From NCBI RefSeq assembly GCF_000179635.2, contig NC_014833.1, forward strand, positions 480,001-512,000: a DNA stretch of 32,000 nucleotides. The letters are read 5' to 3'. The translations under genes and the position numbers were made by a program. Shown piece after piece: positions 1 to 8,827 of this stretch (positions within the stretch are counted from its first letter, which is position 1; every line of letters starts with the position of its first letter). The DNA is from Ruminococcus albus 7 = DSM 20455. Its GTDB lineage: Bacteria; Bacillota; Clostridia; Oscillospirales; Ruminococcaceae. Under the pieces are notes generated by a model, which ran no database searches, was not told the origin of the DNA, and saw only the letters and a program-made list of their open reading frames with translations.

Positions 1-74
1 GAGATCACTGTAAAAGGGCTGTATTGCTTGGTGCGTCAGGGTGATAAAATATAATATTGAAAAGAGGAAAGATA

Positions 75-1301
75 ATGAGCAGAGATATGTCATATTTAAA
101 AGGGATGCCTGTAGCGGTCCTTGGAAGTGGTGCAGTAGGTAAAACGATAGCTGCAGATTGTAAGCTGGCAGGTTCGGAAGTCAGACTATGGGGCAGTGAG
201 GAGTATTACGAGAGTTCAATGAAGATACTTCATAAATCGGGGATACTTCTTGACGGCATTCAACGCAACAGGGACGGGTTTGAGCGCTCCGGCAAAGCTT
301 ATCTTGATGTAATCTCTACTGATATGGCAGAGGTTGTAAAGGGTGCTGGAATAATATGCGTTGCTACTACTTCCTGGAGACATGAAGCTATGTTCAGGCA
401 GCTGATACCTTGTCTTGAAGACGGACAGGTCGTAATGGTATTTACAGATAACTGGGCAAGTCTTCTGCTAAGAAAGATGATGAGAGAAGCAGGCTGCACT
501 AAAGACGTTATAGTTGGCGGATGGTCTTCTGCTCCTTATGGTACAAGAATTGAAAAGATCAATGATTACTGGCTGCCTCATGTTGGCGTAAAGTACAGAG
601 CTATCAGCCTCAGAGGTGCTGCTATGCCTGCAAAGGACAGCGATGATTTTATTGAAGCATCCAGATATCTTCCGGCTATGGACAGTGTTACACAAGGTGA
701 TGGTCCTGTTAAGGGTGATACGATCCTGGATATTGATTTTGCTAATGTAAATCCGGTTATCCATGTCCCGGCATCTGTTCTTGGTGTATCAAGTATGGAG
801 AACTGGGTACTTGTCTACGGAAATGCACCGGAGACATATTCAATGTATTCTCACGGACTATGCCCTTCTATTTGTGAGGTACAGTATCAATTCTTCAATG
901 AAGAGATAGCACTTGCAAAGAAACTTGGTGTCGGATGTCCGAGGTACAAGAAGCAGATGTTCTTCTCCAGAAGAAGTGTTCTGACGCAGGAGTATATGGG
1001 TCTTGATAAAGACGGAAACGATAATGTCGTTTTTCCGCTTGATCAGCCTTCCGATGAGGGAAATGTCGGTCCGAACAACATAAATCACAGATACCTGACA
1101 GAGGATATCCCGGTAAGCTGTAAGCTGTATCATGACCTTGGCGTTGCATACGGAGTTCCGACACCTGTCATTGACGCTATGATCATTCTGGGCGGTGCAT
1201 TCCATCAGACTAACTATTTTGTTGATGACAGATATACGCTCGATTATATCGGTATAGGCGGAATGAGCATTGAGGAGCTTAATGATTATCTGAGAAACTG
1301 A
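75..1301 (+). CDS. NAD(P)-dependent opine (octopine/nopaline) dehydrogenase-family oxidoreductase
   Basis: ORF 57..1301. Has an N-terminal Rossmann GxGxxG motif (VLGSGAVGK) and a central NVNPVIHVP motif typical of the opine-DH C-domain. The ATG at 75 lies 6 nt after AGAGGA, so it is preferred over TTG at 57. Confidence 0.55.
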   Translation: MSRDMSYLKGMPVAVLGSGAVGKTIAADCKLAGSEVRLWGSEEYYESSMKILHKSGILLDGIQRNRDGFERSGKAYLDVISTDMAEVVKGAGIICVATTSWRHEAMFRQLIPCLEDGQVVMVFTDNWASLLLRKMMREAGCTKDVIVGGWSSAPYGTRIEKINDYWLPHVGVKYRAISLRGAAMPAKDSDDFIEASRYLPAMDSVTQGDGPVKGDTILDIDFANVNPVIHVPASVLGVSSMENWVLVYGNAPETYSMYSHGLCPSICEVQYQFFNEEIALAKKLGVGCPRYKKQMFFSRRSVLTQEYMGLDKDGNDNVVFPLDQPSDEGNVGPNNINHRYLTEDIPVSCKLYHDLGVAYGVPTPVIDAMIILGGAFHQTNYFVDDRYTLDYIGIGGMSIEELNDYLRN

Positions 1302-1361
1302 TGATCCTGCGTTCGATTTGAACGACAGTGTGCTGATAGTATAAAGTACGACAAAAACTGA

Positions 1362-1394
1362 AAGGCTGCGTGCTCGTAAGGAACACGCAGCCTT
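1362..1394. terminator. Bidirectional intrinsic terminator between convergent genes
   Basis: Perfect 11-bp stem AAGGCTGCGTG / CACGCAGCCTT with an 11-nt loop. An A-run lies upstream (a T-run on the minus strand) and T-rich sequence lies downstream. Confidence 0.75.
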
Positions 1395-1446
1395 ATAATT
1401 ATGTTTGATTCTGTTTGGATCCGTTTAAATATGTCAGACCCGATCG

Positions 1447-2517
1447 TTATAAGCAGATAAGCTCTTTTCTTGCGAGAGTCATATTCTCGCAGCCGTTATT
1501 TTTTACAACCGCGAAGTCCTCTATCCTCACACCGAACTCACCTTCAAGGTATATGCCCGGTTCAATGGTGATAACGGAATTTTCGGGTATAAGTGCCTGA
1601 GAAACAGGTGACCCGTAGGGTTCTTCGTGTATCTCAATACCTACACCGTGACCCAGTGAATGTCCGAAATTATCGCCGTAGCCTGCAGCGGATATGATAT
1701 CTCTTGCGGCAGCATCAAAGTCCTTGCCGGAGATATCCGCTTTAAGTGAGTCTATGCCTGCCTGCTGGGCTTTCAGGACTATGTCGTAAACCTTGCGCAT
1801 CTTGTCGGCAGGTTCGCCCACGCATACTGTCCTTGTCATATCGCTGTGATAGCCGTCAACAACTGCGCCGAAGTCCATAAGTACGAACTCGCCCTTCTGC
1901 ACTTTTCTGTCCGAGGGCACACCATGAGGAAGAGATGTATTTGGACCGCTCAGCACTATCGTATCAAAGCTGAGAGCTTCCGCACCGTGGGAAAGCATGA
2001 AATAGTCCAGCTTCAGCTGCATTTCGCGCTCTGTCAGACCTTCTTTTATATAGCCCAGCATGAACTCGAAGCCCTGTTCGGCTATGCGCTGTGCGGCTAT
2101 CATTTTTTCTATTTCGTCAGCAGACTTGACCATGCGCAGTTTGCGTATGGTACGTCCGAAACGTCCGTCGCCCGGTATCTCAGCATTCAGCTGTTTGCGG
2201 TAAGATGCCAGTTCGCTGACGGTACAGGTTTGGCTGTCTATGGCAACTGTCTTGGTACCATGCTTTTCAAGAAGCTCGTTTATCTGGACATATTTTTCAC
2301 TGCCTCTGGCTTCAAGCAGTACTTCACAGTCCTTTACTGTCGCGCTGGCTTTTTCGATGTACCTGAAATCTATTATCAGATAGCTTTTTTCAGGGAATAC
2401 CAGCAGTGTTCCTGCACTGGATCTCATTCCCGTAAAGTAACGTCTGTTTATATCGTCAGTGATGATGCCGCAGGTACCTTCGTCGAGTTTTTCCTGCAGG
2501 CGTTCAAGCCTTGTCAT
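1447..2517 (-). CDS. M24B Xaa-Pro aminopeptidase/dipeptidase (PepP/PapA-like)
   Basis: 356-aa ORF with a creatinase-like N-domain and M24 metal-ligand motifs (DFGAVVDGYHSDMTRT, HSLGHGVGIEIHEEP, IEPGIY, RIED). RBS GAGGGTG lies upstream of the ATG. Confidence 0.9.
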   Translation of the reverse strand: MTRLERLQEKLDEGTCGIITDDINRRYFTGMRSSAGTLLVFPEKSYLIIDFRYIEKASATVKDCEVLLEARGSEKYVQINELLEKHGTKTVAIDSQTCTVSELASYRKQLNAEIPGDGRFGRTIRKLRMVKSADEIEKMIAAQRIAEQGFEFMLGYIKEGLTEREMQLKLDYFMLSHGAEALSFDTIVLSGPNTSLPHGVPSDRKVQKGEFVLMDFGAVVDGYHSDMTRTVCVGEPADKMRKVYDIVLKAQQAGIDSLKADISGKDFDAAARDIISAAGYGDNFGHSLGHGVGIEIHEEPYGSPVSQALIPENSVITIEPGIYLEGEFGVRIEDFAVVKNNGCENMTLARKELICL

Positions 2518-2537
2518 AATTTACACCCTCGTTCTAT

Positions 2538-2963
2538 TTAATAAGAATACAGCTCATAAGGAAAGTACTCAATACCATTCAGGCTGTCCGCATTTATGTT
2601 GAGTGCTTTCATCAATGCAGCGATCTCAAATGTCCAATATCCGAAATAGAGCTTTTCCTTGGCTTTATGTGCATCATACCAGTAAGCGTGGGAATGGCTT
2701 TTATACCATTTTTTCTGCAGGTATCCTATGATGCCGCCGGTATCATTTTTGCAGATCATTTCCCACATATCACCGTAAATATCGGGATATTTCAGAGTAT
2801 TACAGTCAGGCAGCGCATTTGCTTCCAGGCACTCGATGATACTGTCATACCCGACATTTTCCTTTATCAGCTTTGTGACTTGATATATGGTATCATTGTC
2901 CGCTTTAAAAAGCACACACAGGGACAAAAAGCGCAGACCGTCATCATACGAATCAGTATCCAA
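2538..2963 (-). CDS. PoNi/DUF1911-like (polymorphic-toxin immunity type) C-terminal domain ORF; probably the downstream half of a frameshifted gene
   Basis: The motif KKWYKSHSHAYWYDAHK...YFGYWTFEIAALMKAL matches my recollection of the DUF1911/PoNi_C signature. The only start is TTG 2963, with no SD. The same frame stays open without any start codon up to about 3098 (…IAKYSRGYAIDKLKSEFTDLIRSVSDSL-DTDSYDD). Confidence 0.5.
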   Translation of the reverse strand: MDTDSYDDGLRFLSLCVLFKADNDTIYQVTKLIKENVGYDSIIECLEANALPDCNTLKYPDIYGDMWEMICKNDTGGIIGYLQKKWYKSHSHAYWYDAHKAKEKLYFGYWTFEIAALMKALNINADSLNGIEYFPYELYSY

Positions 2964-3036
2964 ACTGTCACTGACAGATCGGATCAGATCCGTGAATTCG
3001 CTTTTCAGCTTATCGATCGCATACCCTCTCGAATAT

Positions 3037-3453
3037 TTAGCGATCAGCAGACCTGTCCTGATAGAAAACAGCTTTCTTTTCGCTGGTATTGTAAACGATG
3101 TGGTCTATACTTGATTTTCCCAGCAGGATATAGTCGGTTATATCCGTCATATCCCTGAAAGATGAGTTGAACCGTATTATATCCATGCTCTTTTTTCTCG
3201 GATATTCGGTTAGGAACTCTTCATCATACACCCCGCAGATACTGCGTCCATCATATGACAAACCATTTGTGTGGTGCAGAAATTCTATATAATCATTGGG
3301 TAAACCAACTTCAAATAAAGAATAGAATTCTTTATCTGCGTCGTTTATCTTTTCCTGTGTCGGCTTTTTGTATGCAGCCGTATCGGGCAGTTTTGAAAGA
3401 AATTCTGTATACGTATTATTCAGCCTGTTCGCTCCACTTATAATTGAGTGCAT
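3037..3453 (-). CDS. SMI1/KNR4 (SUKH-1) family immunity-type protein
   Basis: Has the signature LPNDYIEFLHHTNGLSYDG followed by ILLGKSSIDHIVYN. The start ATG 3453 (TTG 3456 just upstream) lies inside the aroQ 3' end, and I saw no convincing SD. Confidence 0.6.
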   Translation of the reverse strand: MHSIISGANRLNNTYTEFLSKLPDTAAYKKPTQEKINDADKEFYSLFEVGLPNDYIEFLHHTNGLSYDGRSICGVYDEEFLTEYPRKKSMDIIRFNSSFRDMTDITDYILLGKSSIDHIVYNTSEKKAVFYQDRSADR

Positions 3454-3862
3454 CAACTGCCATGAGATAAGAATACTTGCCGAAACCGCTTATCTGTCCC
3501 ACGCATACGGGGGCTATCACGGACTTTTCACGGAATTCGTCCCTAGCGTGGATATTGCTGAGGTGTACTTCTACCACGGGTATCTTTATAGCGGCTATGG
3601 CATCGCGGATAGCGTAGCTGTAATGGGTATACGCGCCTGCGTTCAGCACCACACCGTCGAATTTCTTTCTTGCAAGATGCAGTTCGTCTATTATCTCACC
3701 CTCATGGTTGGACTGGAATACCTCACAGTGGATGCTGTATCCGAGCGCGTGCGCAACTATCTCATCGTTTATGCTCTCGAATGTATCAGTGCCGTATACT
3801 CCGGGCTCTCTTTCGCCCAGAAGATTGAGGTTCGGTCCGTGTATCACAAGTATCTTTTTCAT
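3416..3862 (-). CDS. aroQ: Type II 3-dehydroquinate dehydratase
   Basis: 148 aa starting MKKILVIHGPNLNLLGEREPGVYG, with NAGAYTHYSYAIRDA and VEVHLSNIH, all canonical AroQ motifs. Confidence 0.93.
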   Translation of the reverse strand: MKKILVIHGPNLNLLGEREPGVYGTDTFESINDEIVAHALGYSIHCEVFQSNHEGEIIDELHLARKKFDGVVLNAGAYTHYSYAIRDAIAAIKIPVVEVHLSNIHARDEFREKSVIAPVCVGQISGFGKYSYLMAVDALNYKWSEQAE

Positions 3863-3886
3863 TATGTTCCTCTTTTCTGCCGTCCG

Positions 3887-4510
3887 TTATTCTGCGTTGG
3901 ACGGCTTTGTTATTTCAAGCTCGATATAGCTGTCTATCTCACCGCCGCGGACGAAGAACATATCGTATATGCCCTCGGTGGCTTCATCGGAAGCCACGCA
4001 CATTCCGCCAAGATCTCCGTGTTTTTCTTTGTCGGGCTTGTTGCCGTAGTCGTTGGCGAATCCGCCTTTTTCACTGAGTTCTTTCAGCTTTTCCTCGGTG
4101 AGTGATGACATATCGCCTACACTGTCCTGACGGCATATATAGATGTTCCAGCCGTCATCGAGATCGGTGTCGATGTACATCTCAAATACTTCGTCAAGTT
4201 CAAAATCGGATATAGCGACTTCCTTTGTGTAGCCTTCCTCTGCCATCTCCTCTATATCGGGTGAATTGCGCCAGGTGGATTTTGATTCGAGTATCAGCCC
4301 TTTTATCGCCGAGGGCTTATCCTCATACATATCCTTCAATACACCCAAGGTATCCTCTTCGCCTTCTGCAGCAGATTCATCATCCTTAGCTGCGGAAGTT
4401 TCCTTGTCAGCTTTGCTGGCTGTCTGCTTTGGTTTTTCCTTATTGCTGCAGGCAGCAAGACAAAGTGCAGCTGCAAGCAGCGATATCACTAATACTATTT
4501 TTCTGTTCAT
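3887..4510 (-). CDS. Lipoprotein of unknown function
   Basis: Signal peptide with a lipobox (LAAC-S), followed by a K/E/D/S-rich linker and an acidic globular region. It ends 24 nt upstream of aroQ, so the two are probably co-transcribed. Confidence 0.7.
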   Translation of the reverse strand: MNRKIVLVISLLAAALCLAACSNKEKPKQTASKADKETSAAKDDESAAEGEEDTLGVLKDMYEDKPSAIKGLILESKSTWRNSPDIEEMAEEGYTKEVAISDFELDEVFEMYIDTDLDDGWNIYICRQDSVGDMSSLTEEKLKELSEKGGFANDYGNKPDKEKHGDLGGMCVASDEATEGIYDMFFVRGGEIDSYIELEITKPSNAE

Positions 4511-4540
4511 ATCCTGTCACCATCCATATATTGTTTCAAG

Positions 4541-4571
4541 AAAAAAGCCGACGGATATTGACTCCGTCGGC
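4541..4571 (-). terminator. Intrinsic terminator after the L,D-transpeptidase gene
   Basis: On the minus strand the stem GCCGACGG / CCGTCGGC has an 8-9-nt loop and is followed by TTTTTT (plus-strand A-run 4541..4546). Confidence 0.8.
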
Positions 4572-4581
4572 TGTCTGCTTT

Positions 4582-6363
4582 TTACCAGTACATAAATACA
4601 GGCGTGTCTAACGGAACGTTGTTGTATATGTACTCTGCTGCATCGTATGGCAGATTTATACAGCCGTGGCTGCCCCATGTTGGAGATTTATACTTATCTC
4701 CTCCGAAGACTCCTCCCTGCCAGGAAGCATCGTGGAAACCTATGCCTATGGTGCTGAAATAGTTCCAGAACTCAACATAAGAAGCGTAGGACTGTCCGTC
4801 CGAACTGCCGACCAGTGTCTTGCCGCGCTCCTTCAGCCAAAGCTTATATACTCCCGCAGGAGAATTTCTGGATTCGCTTGGATAGCCTGATACGAAATCG
4901 CTTTCCATTTTCATCTCGCCGTTTTCATAGTACCATAGATGCTGCTTCGCGAGATCCACATCGAAATAGGTATCGCTGAAATCCGATTCGGCAGTGAGCC
5001 AGTCGGGGTTGCAGGTATAGCTGTAAGTCGAGTCGGGGTTGACATAATATATAGCTTCTGTCCTGCTTGATTCGCAGTTCTTTATGCTTTCTATGATATA
5101 GTCCGTCATAGCGTCTTTGTTAAGCCACCATCCATAGCAGCCTGCGCCCTGGGGTACTGTTATCGCGCCCCTGCTGGTAGATACGAATTCTCTGTCTTTG
5201 CCGAAGGTATCATATTTGCTTGCTAAACGATTTACATACTGCTCGACCTGATCGCGGTCTACCTCCAGGGAATTTACAGGATCGTCTTCATCAAAGCCTA
5301 TCCATTTCGTAATGGTAAGACCGTCAATCTTCTCAGTGCCCTGGTGAAAATCGAATACAATTTCGATACTATCCAGATTGTTGAGCTTCTGGCATTGTTC
5401 ATAAAGGTCATCTGCATGGATCTTTGCTTTTTTGTAGCAGTCAACCGAGCCGATAGCAATATCAAAATTCATATTATCAAGTTCGCTTTCGACGTAATCG
5501 AAAAGCAGCTGTATCTTGTTTGTATCTATGGTATCGCCGTCTTCTTCGTTTACAACAACGAAACTGCCGCTGTCGCTGCGGGTTATATAAGCGTCCTTTG
5601 GCGGCTTGGCTTTCTGATTCTTTATAAGCTTGTGCGCCAGCAGATTTTCCAGTTTTTTCTTGTCGTAGTGGAATGAATTCTTTATGGAGTATTCATCCTT
5701 TTCAAACTTGGCATTGAGCCACTTGCCGTGATCCTGACCGTTATAGTACTTGTTTATAAGTTCCTCTGTATTATCGACGTAGCCTATATCTTTCAGCGCG
5801 ATATTCATCCCTGAGCCGTCCCTTTTGGTAATATAAACAGTTTCCGGGATGACGGACTTCTTTTTTAACTCTGCCAGAGCCTGTTTCTTGTCCATTCCGC
5901 CCACATCAACACCGCTTATGTAAGTGTTGTCGAGAAAGGTGTCCTCATAAGCTTTTCTGCCTATGATAAATACGCCGCCTGCCGTTACAAGACCTGTCAG
6001 CAGTATGCACGTGCAGATCAGGGCTGCCTTGGTCGCGGTCATCTTTTTCTTTTTCTTCTTTTTGACCTTTGCGGCCTGCTTTCTGACAGCGGATGTATTT
6101 GTGCTGCTTTTGCTGCCTGCGGACTTTGCAGTGCGACTGCCGCTGCGCTGTCTTTGTGCGGTACTGTTTCTGCTGCCTGATGAACTGCCTGTGCGCTTTT
6201 TACGCGGATATCTTTCTCTCGCGGCAGAGGCATAAACAGTATCGAAAGCATCCTCGCCGAAATCCGTCACGCCCCTTACAGGCTCGGGATCATCACCGAA
6301 ATTTTCTGTCATGGACATATTCCTGGCGATCATTCTGGCAAGATCTTCTTTTCTCGTCTCCAT
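4582..6363 (-). CDS. Membrane-anchored L,D-transpeptidase (YkuD domain)
   Basis: The C-terminal catalytic motif is FHDASWQ...GSHGCINLP. A single TM helix (ALICTCILLTGLVTAGGVFII) is preceded by a K8 run and a Ser/Arg/Lys-rich tail. GGAGG lies 14 nt upstream of the ATG. Confidence 0.85.
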   Translation of the reverse strand: METRKEDLARMIARNMSMTENFGDDPEPVRGVTDFGEDAFDTVYASAARERYPRKKRTGSSSGSRNSTAQRQRSGSRTAKSAGSKSSTNTSAVRKQAAKVKKKKKKKMTATKAALICTCILLTGLVTAGGVFIIGRKAYEDTFLDNTYISGVDVGGMDKKQALAELKKKSVIPETVYITKRDGSGMNIALKDIGYVDNTEELINKYYNGQDHGKWLNAKFEKDEYSIKNSFHYDKKKLENLLAHKLIKNQKAKPPKDAYITRSDSGSFVVVNEEDGDTIDTNKIQLLFDYVESELDNMNFDIAIGSVDCYKKAKIHADDLYEQCQKLNNLDSIEIVFDFHQGTEKIDGLTITKWIGFDEDDPVNSLEVDRDQVEQYVNRLASKYDTFGKDREFVSTSRGAITVPQGAGCYGWWLNKDAMTDYIIESIKNCESSRTEAIYYVNPDSTYSYTCNPDWLTAESDFSDTYFDVDLAKQHLWYYENGEMKMESDFVSGYPSESRNSPAGVYKLWLKERGKTLVGSSDGQSYASYVEFWNYFSTIGIGFHDASWQGGVFGGDKYKSPTWGSHGCINLPYDAAEYIYNNVPLDTPVFMYW

Positions 6364-6442
6364 AAAAAAGAAACTAACCTCCTAAATCTTAGAAACTCAT
6401 TTACACTCTCCTCTGTACTTACGCGTACAGAAATCCATTTTT

Positions 6443-6471
6443 ATTATACAACATTTTTTTATCTTTTTCAA
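6443..6471 (-). promoter_or_regulatory. Sigma-A type promoter for the L,D-transpeptidase gene
   Basis: The minus strand reads TTGAAA, a 17-nt spacer, then TATAAT. Confidence 0.6.
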
Positions 6472-6643
6472 GAACTTTTTGAAAGTTTTTTCAATAGTGA
6501 TCCGGGTGATGCTGAGAAAACCAATGATTGTTGTATCGGGGAATTTAGTAACAAAACGCTATGTCGGATGATATCGTTACCAATTGTGCAAAATCTCTAA
6601 TAATCGACATTGTTAGCCGATAGGCATTCTAATCGGCAAGTGA

Positions 6644-6672
6644 TTGACAAGAGCAGTTTTTTAAGTTATAAT
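6644..6672 (+). promoter_or_regulatory. Consensus sigma-A promoter for the Na/Pi cotransporter gene
   Basis: TTGACA (6644..6649), an exact 17-nt spacer, then TATAAT (6667..6672). Confidence 0.7.
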
Positions 6673-6750
6673 TTATGATGCAGGAGTATGATAGAGTTAA
6701 CGAAACGAGGGCGGCCGGGGGGCTGTCGAGGAAAGTAAAGGAGTAAAAAT

Positions 6751-8544
6751 ATGTCTATCTTCTTCAACATACTGGTCGCGATAGGCGGACTGGCGATGTT
6801 CATGTACGGTATGAAGACCCTTAGTTCGGGTCTTGAAAAATCTGCCGGCGGACTTATGGAAAAGATACTTGCAAAAGTATCGGGCAATATCTTCACAAGT
6901 ATATTCTTCGGCGCTGTTGTGACTGCGGCGGTGCAGTCCTCGACTGCGACTACGGTAATAGTTATCGGTCTTGTTAATGCGGGACTTCTGAAACTCCGCG
7001 GCGCGGTGGGAATAATCATGGGTGCGAATATCGGCACGACCATGACAGCTCATATACTCAGACTTGCAAGTGTTGGTGAATCTGACAGTTTTCTGATAAA
7101 CCTTGTAAACCCTGTAAATCTTTCAGCAATTCTGGCGATAGCGGGCATGGGTATAATAATGTTCTCGAAGAAGAACAAGAAAAAGACGGTCGGCGAGATA
7201 CTGCTGGGTGTTGCGATACTGTTCACAGGTATAACCACCATGAAGAACTCTATCGGACCTCTTTTCAAGGATCCCGATACGGTTCAGAAGATATTCAGTC
7301 TGCTGAAGAACCCTGCGCTTGGTATACTGGTCGGTATAGTCGTAACTATCTGCACACAGTCCAGTGCGGCTGCGGTAGGTATACTACAGATAATCGCAAG
7401 CGGATCGGGCGGCGCAGTACTGTTTGCATCGGCATTTCCGATAATCATGGGTACAAACATAGGTACCTGCGCGACACCTCTGCTGTCGTCACTGAAATCT
7501 TCCAAAAACGCAAAAAGAGCGGCACTGCTGCACTTTTACTTCAATTCCATCGGTACTATACTGTTCCTGATAGTGATATACGCAGTTCAGTTCACTGTGG
7601 GCTGGTCATTCTGGAATGAAGGATTCGATGACGGTGACATAGCAAACTTCCATACACTGTTCAACGTTATCGTGACTGCGATATTCATACCCTTTGCAGG
7701 TGTACTTGAAAAGCTTGCCTGTATCACAGTTCGCGATAAGCCAGGCGAGGAAGAAGACGTATTCTCCAAGGAAGATCTGCTGGACGAAAGATTCCTTGTT
7801 ACCCCGAATGTTGCTATCGCACAGACAAGGGAAGCGGTCGTTCAGATGGGTATATATGCCCGCAAGAACTTTGAATCTGCCTGCATGATGTTCGATAAGT
7901 ATGACATGAGGGAGATAGAGAAGATCAACGAGCGTGAGGAACTGCTGGACAGGCTTGAAGACCGTGTGGGTCAGTACCTTATCAAGCTGAATGACTGTAA
8001 GCTCAACGAGGACGAGGGACGAATGGTAACTACCCTATTCCACCTGATAAGCGAGTTTGAACGTATCGGTGACTACTCGGTGAACCTCTGTGAAACAGCA
8101 AATGTGCTTTATGAGGAAGAAGCACACTTCTCTGAAAGGGCTAACTGGGAGCTCAGTGTAGTTCACGGCGCTATTTCCGAGATAATCGGTCTTGCAATCG
8201 AAGCAACAAAGACTATGGATATGAATGTACTGACTGAGATAGAACCTCTTGAAGAGGTGGTAGACCGCCTGGTGGAAGAACTCAAGGCGGTACATATCGA
8301 CCGCTCAAAGAACGGTCAGTGTCCTATCGAAGTCGGAATACATTTCCTGGATATACTTACCAATGTGGAGAGGATATCCGATCACTGCTCAAATATAGCA
8401 ATATATCTTATCTCGACAAAACAGCAGTATGAGACCCTTAAAAAGCACGAATATCTGGACGAACTGCACAAGCACGGTCCCGAGACCTACGAGAAAAAGC
8501 TCAAAGAGTACAGTGCAAAGTACTCACTTGAAACACTGGCTTAG
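6751..8544 (+). CDS. Na/Pi cotransporter family protein with C-terminal PhoU-like domains
   Basis: 597 aa. The N-terminal polytopic half has duplicated QSS(T/A)A(T/A) motifs (AAVQSSTATTV, CTQSSAAAVG). The C-terminal soluble half has paired PhoU-type helices (ERIGDYSVN, ERISDHCSN). RBS AAGGAG. Confidence 0.88.
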   Translation: MSIFFNILVAIGGLAMFMYGMKTLSSGLEKSAGGLMEKILAKVSGNIFTSIFFGAVVTAAVQSSTATTVIVIGLVNAGLLKLRGAVGIIMGANIGTTMTAHILRLASVGESDSFLINLVNPVNLSAILAIAGMGIIMFSKKNKKKTVGEILLGVAILFTGITTMKNSIGPLFKDPDTVQKIFSLLKNPALGILVGIVVTICTQSSAAAVGILQIIASGSGGAVLFASAFPIIMGTNIGTCATPLLSSLKSSKNAKRAALLHFYFNSIGTILFLIVIYAVQFTVGWSFWNEGFDDGDIANFHTLFNVIVTAIFIPFAGVLEKLACITVRDKPGEEEDVFSKEDLLDERFLVTPNVAIAQTREAVVQMGIYARKNFESACMMFDKYDMREIEKINEREELLDRLEDRVGQYLIKLNDCKLNEDEGRMVTTLFHLISEFERIGDYSVNLCETANVLYEEEAHFSERANWELSVVHGAISEIIGLAIEATKTMDMNVLTEIEPLEEVVDRLVEELKAVHIDRSKNGQCPIEVGIHFLDILTNVERISDHCSNIAIYLISTKQQYETLKKHEYLDELHKHGPETYEKKLKEYSAKYSLETLA

Positions 8545-8573
8545 GCTGAATAATAAAAACCGAATAAGTATCA

Positions 8574-8626
8574 AAGCAGGTATGCGGAATTCTGTGGCTG
8601 TACAGAGTGAGTGTGCCTGCTTTTTT
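8574..8626 (+). terminator. Probable intrinsic terminator after the Na/Pi gene
   Basis: AGCAGGTAT... pairs with ...GTGCCTGCT (with wobble pairs and a long loop), followed by TTTTTT. Confidence 0.55.
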
Positions 8627-8740
8627 GCGGATGAATGGCAGTCAGTATCAGAGAATAAATGCTCTGCTCAGACGTTTGTTTGTGATCAGCAGAGTAGTTG
8701 ACGGCAAAGGTCGGAATGCCTGTAATTAACGAAAAATCTC

Positions 8741-8769
8741 TTGACATAACGCTCCTTACGATGTATAAT
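8741..8769 (+). promoter_or_regulatory. Consensus sigma-A promoter of uvrB
   Basis: TTGACA, a 17-nt spacer, then TATAAT. Confidence 0.7.
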
Positions 8770-8772
8770 AGT

Positions 8773-8784
8773 AAACGATTGTTC
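8773..8784. promoter_or_regulatory. Putative LexA (Cheo/SOS) box
   Basis: AAAC-GATT-GTTC compares with the Gram-positive consensus GAAC-N4-GTTC at one mismatch. It lies 3 nt downstream of the -10 of uvrB. Confidence 0.5.
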
Positions 8785-8827
8785 GCATATTATTTCTGTG
8801 TTTTTTCAGCAGGGAGGTTTGGTGTTC

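Noticed and set aside
1846-2541. 231-aa plus-strand ORF overlapping the aminopeptidase gene
   Set aside because: It is antisense to a gene with clear M24 motifs, and its translation has no recognisable features.
3368-4105. 245-aa plus-strand ORF across aroQ and the lipoprotein gene
   Set aside because: It is antisense to the unmistakable aroQ, and its Tyr/Val/Phe-rich composition is typical of a shadow frame.
6389-6416. Three-codon uORF (ATG AGT TTC TAA) with AGGAGAG upstream in the L,D-transpeptidase leader
   Set aside because: It is too short to evaluate and is likely a chance occurrence in an AT-rich leader. I saw no attenuator-like alternative structures.
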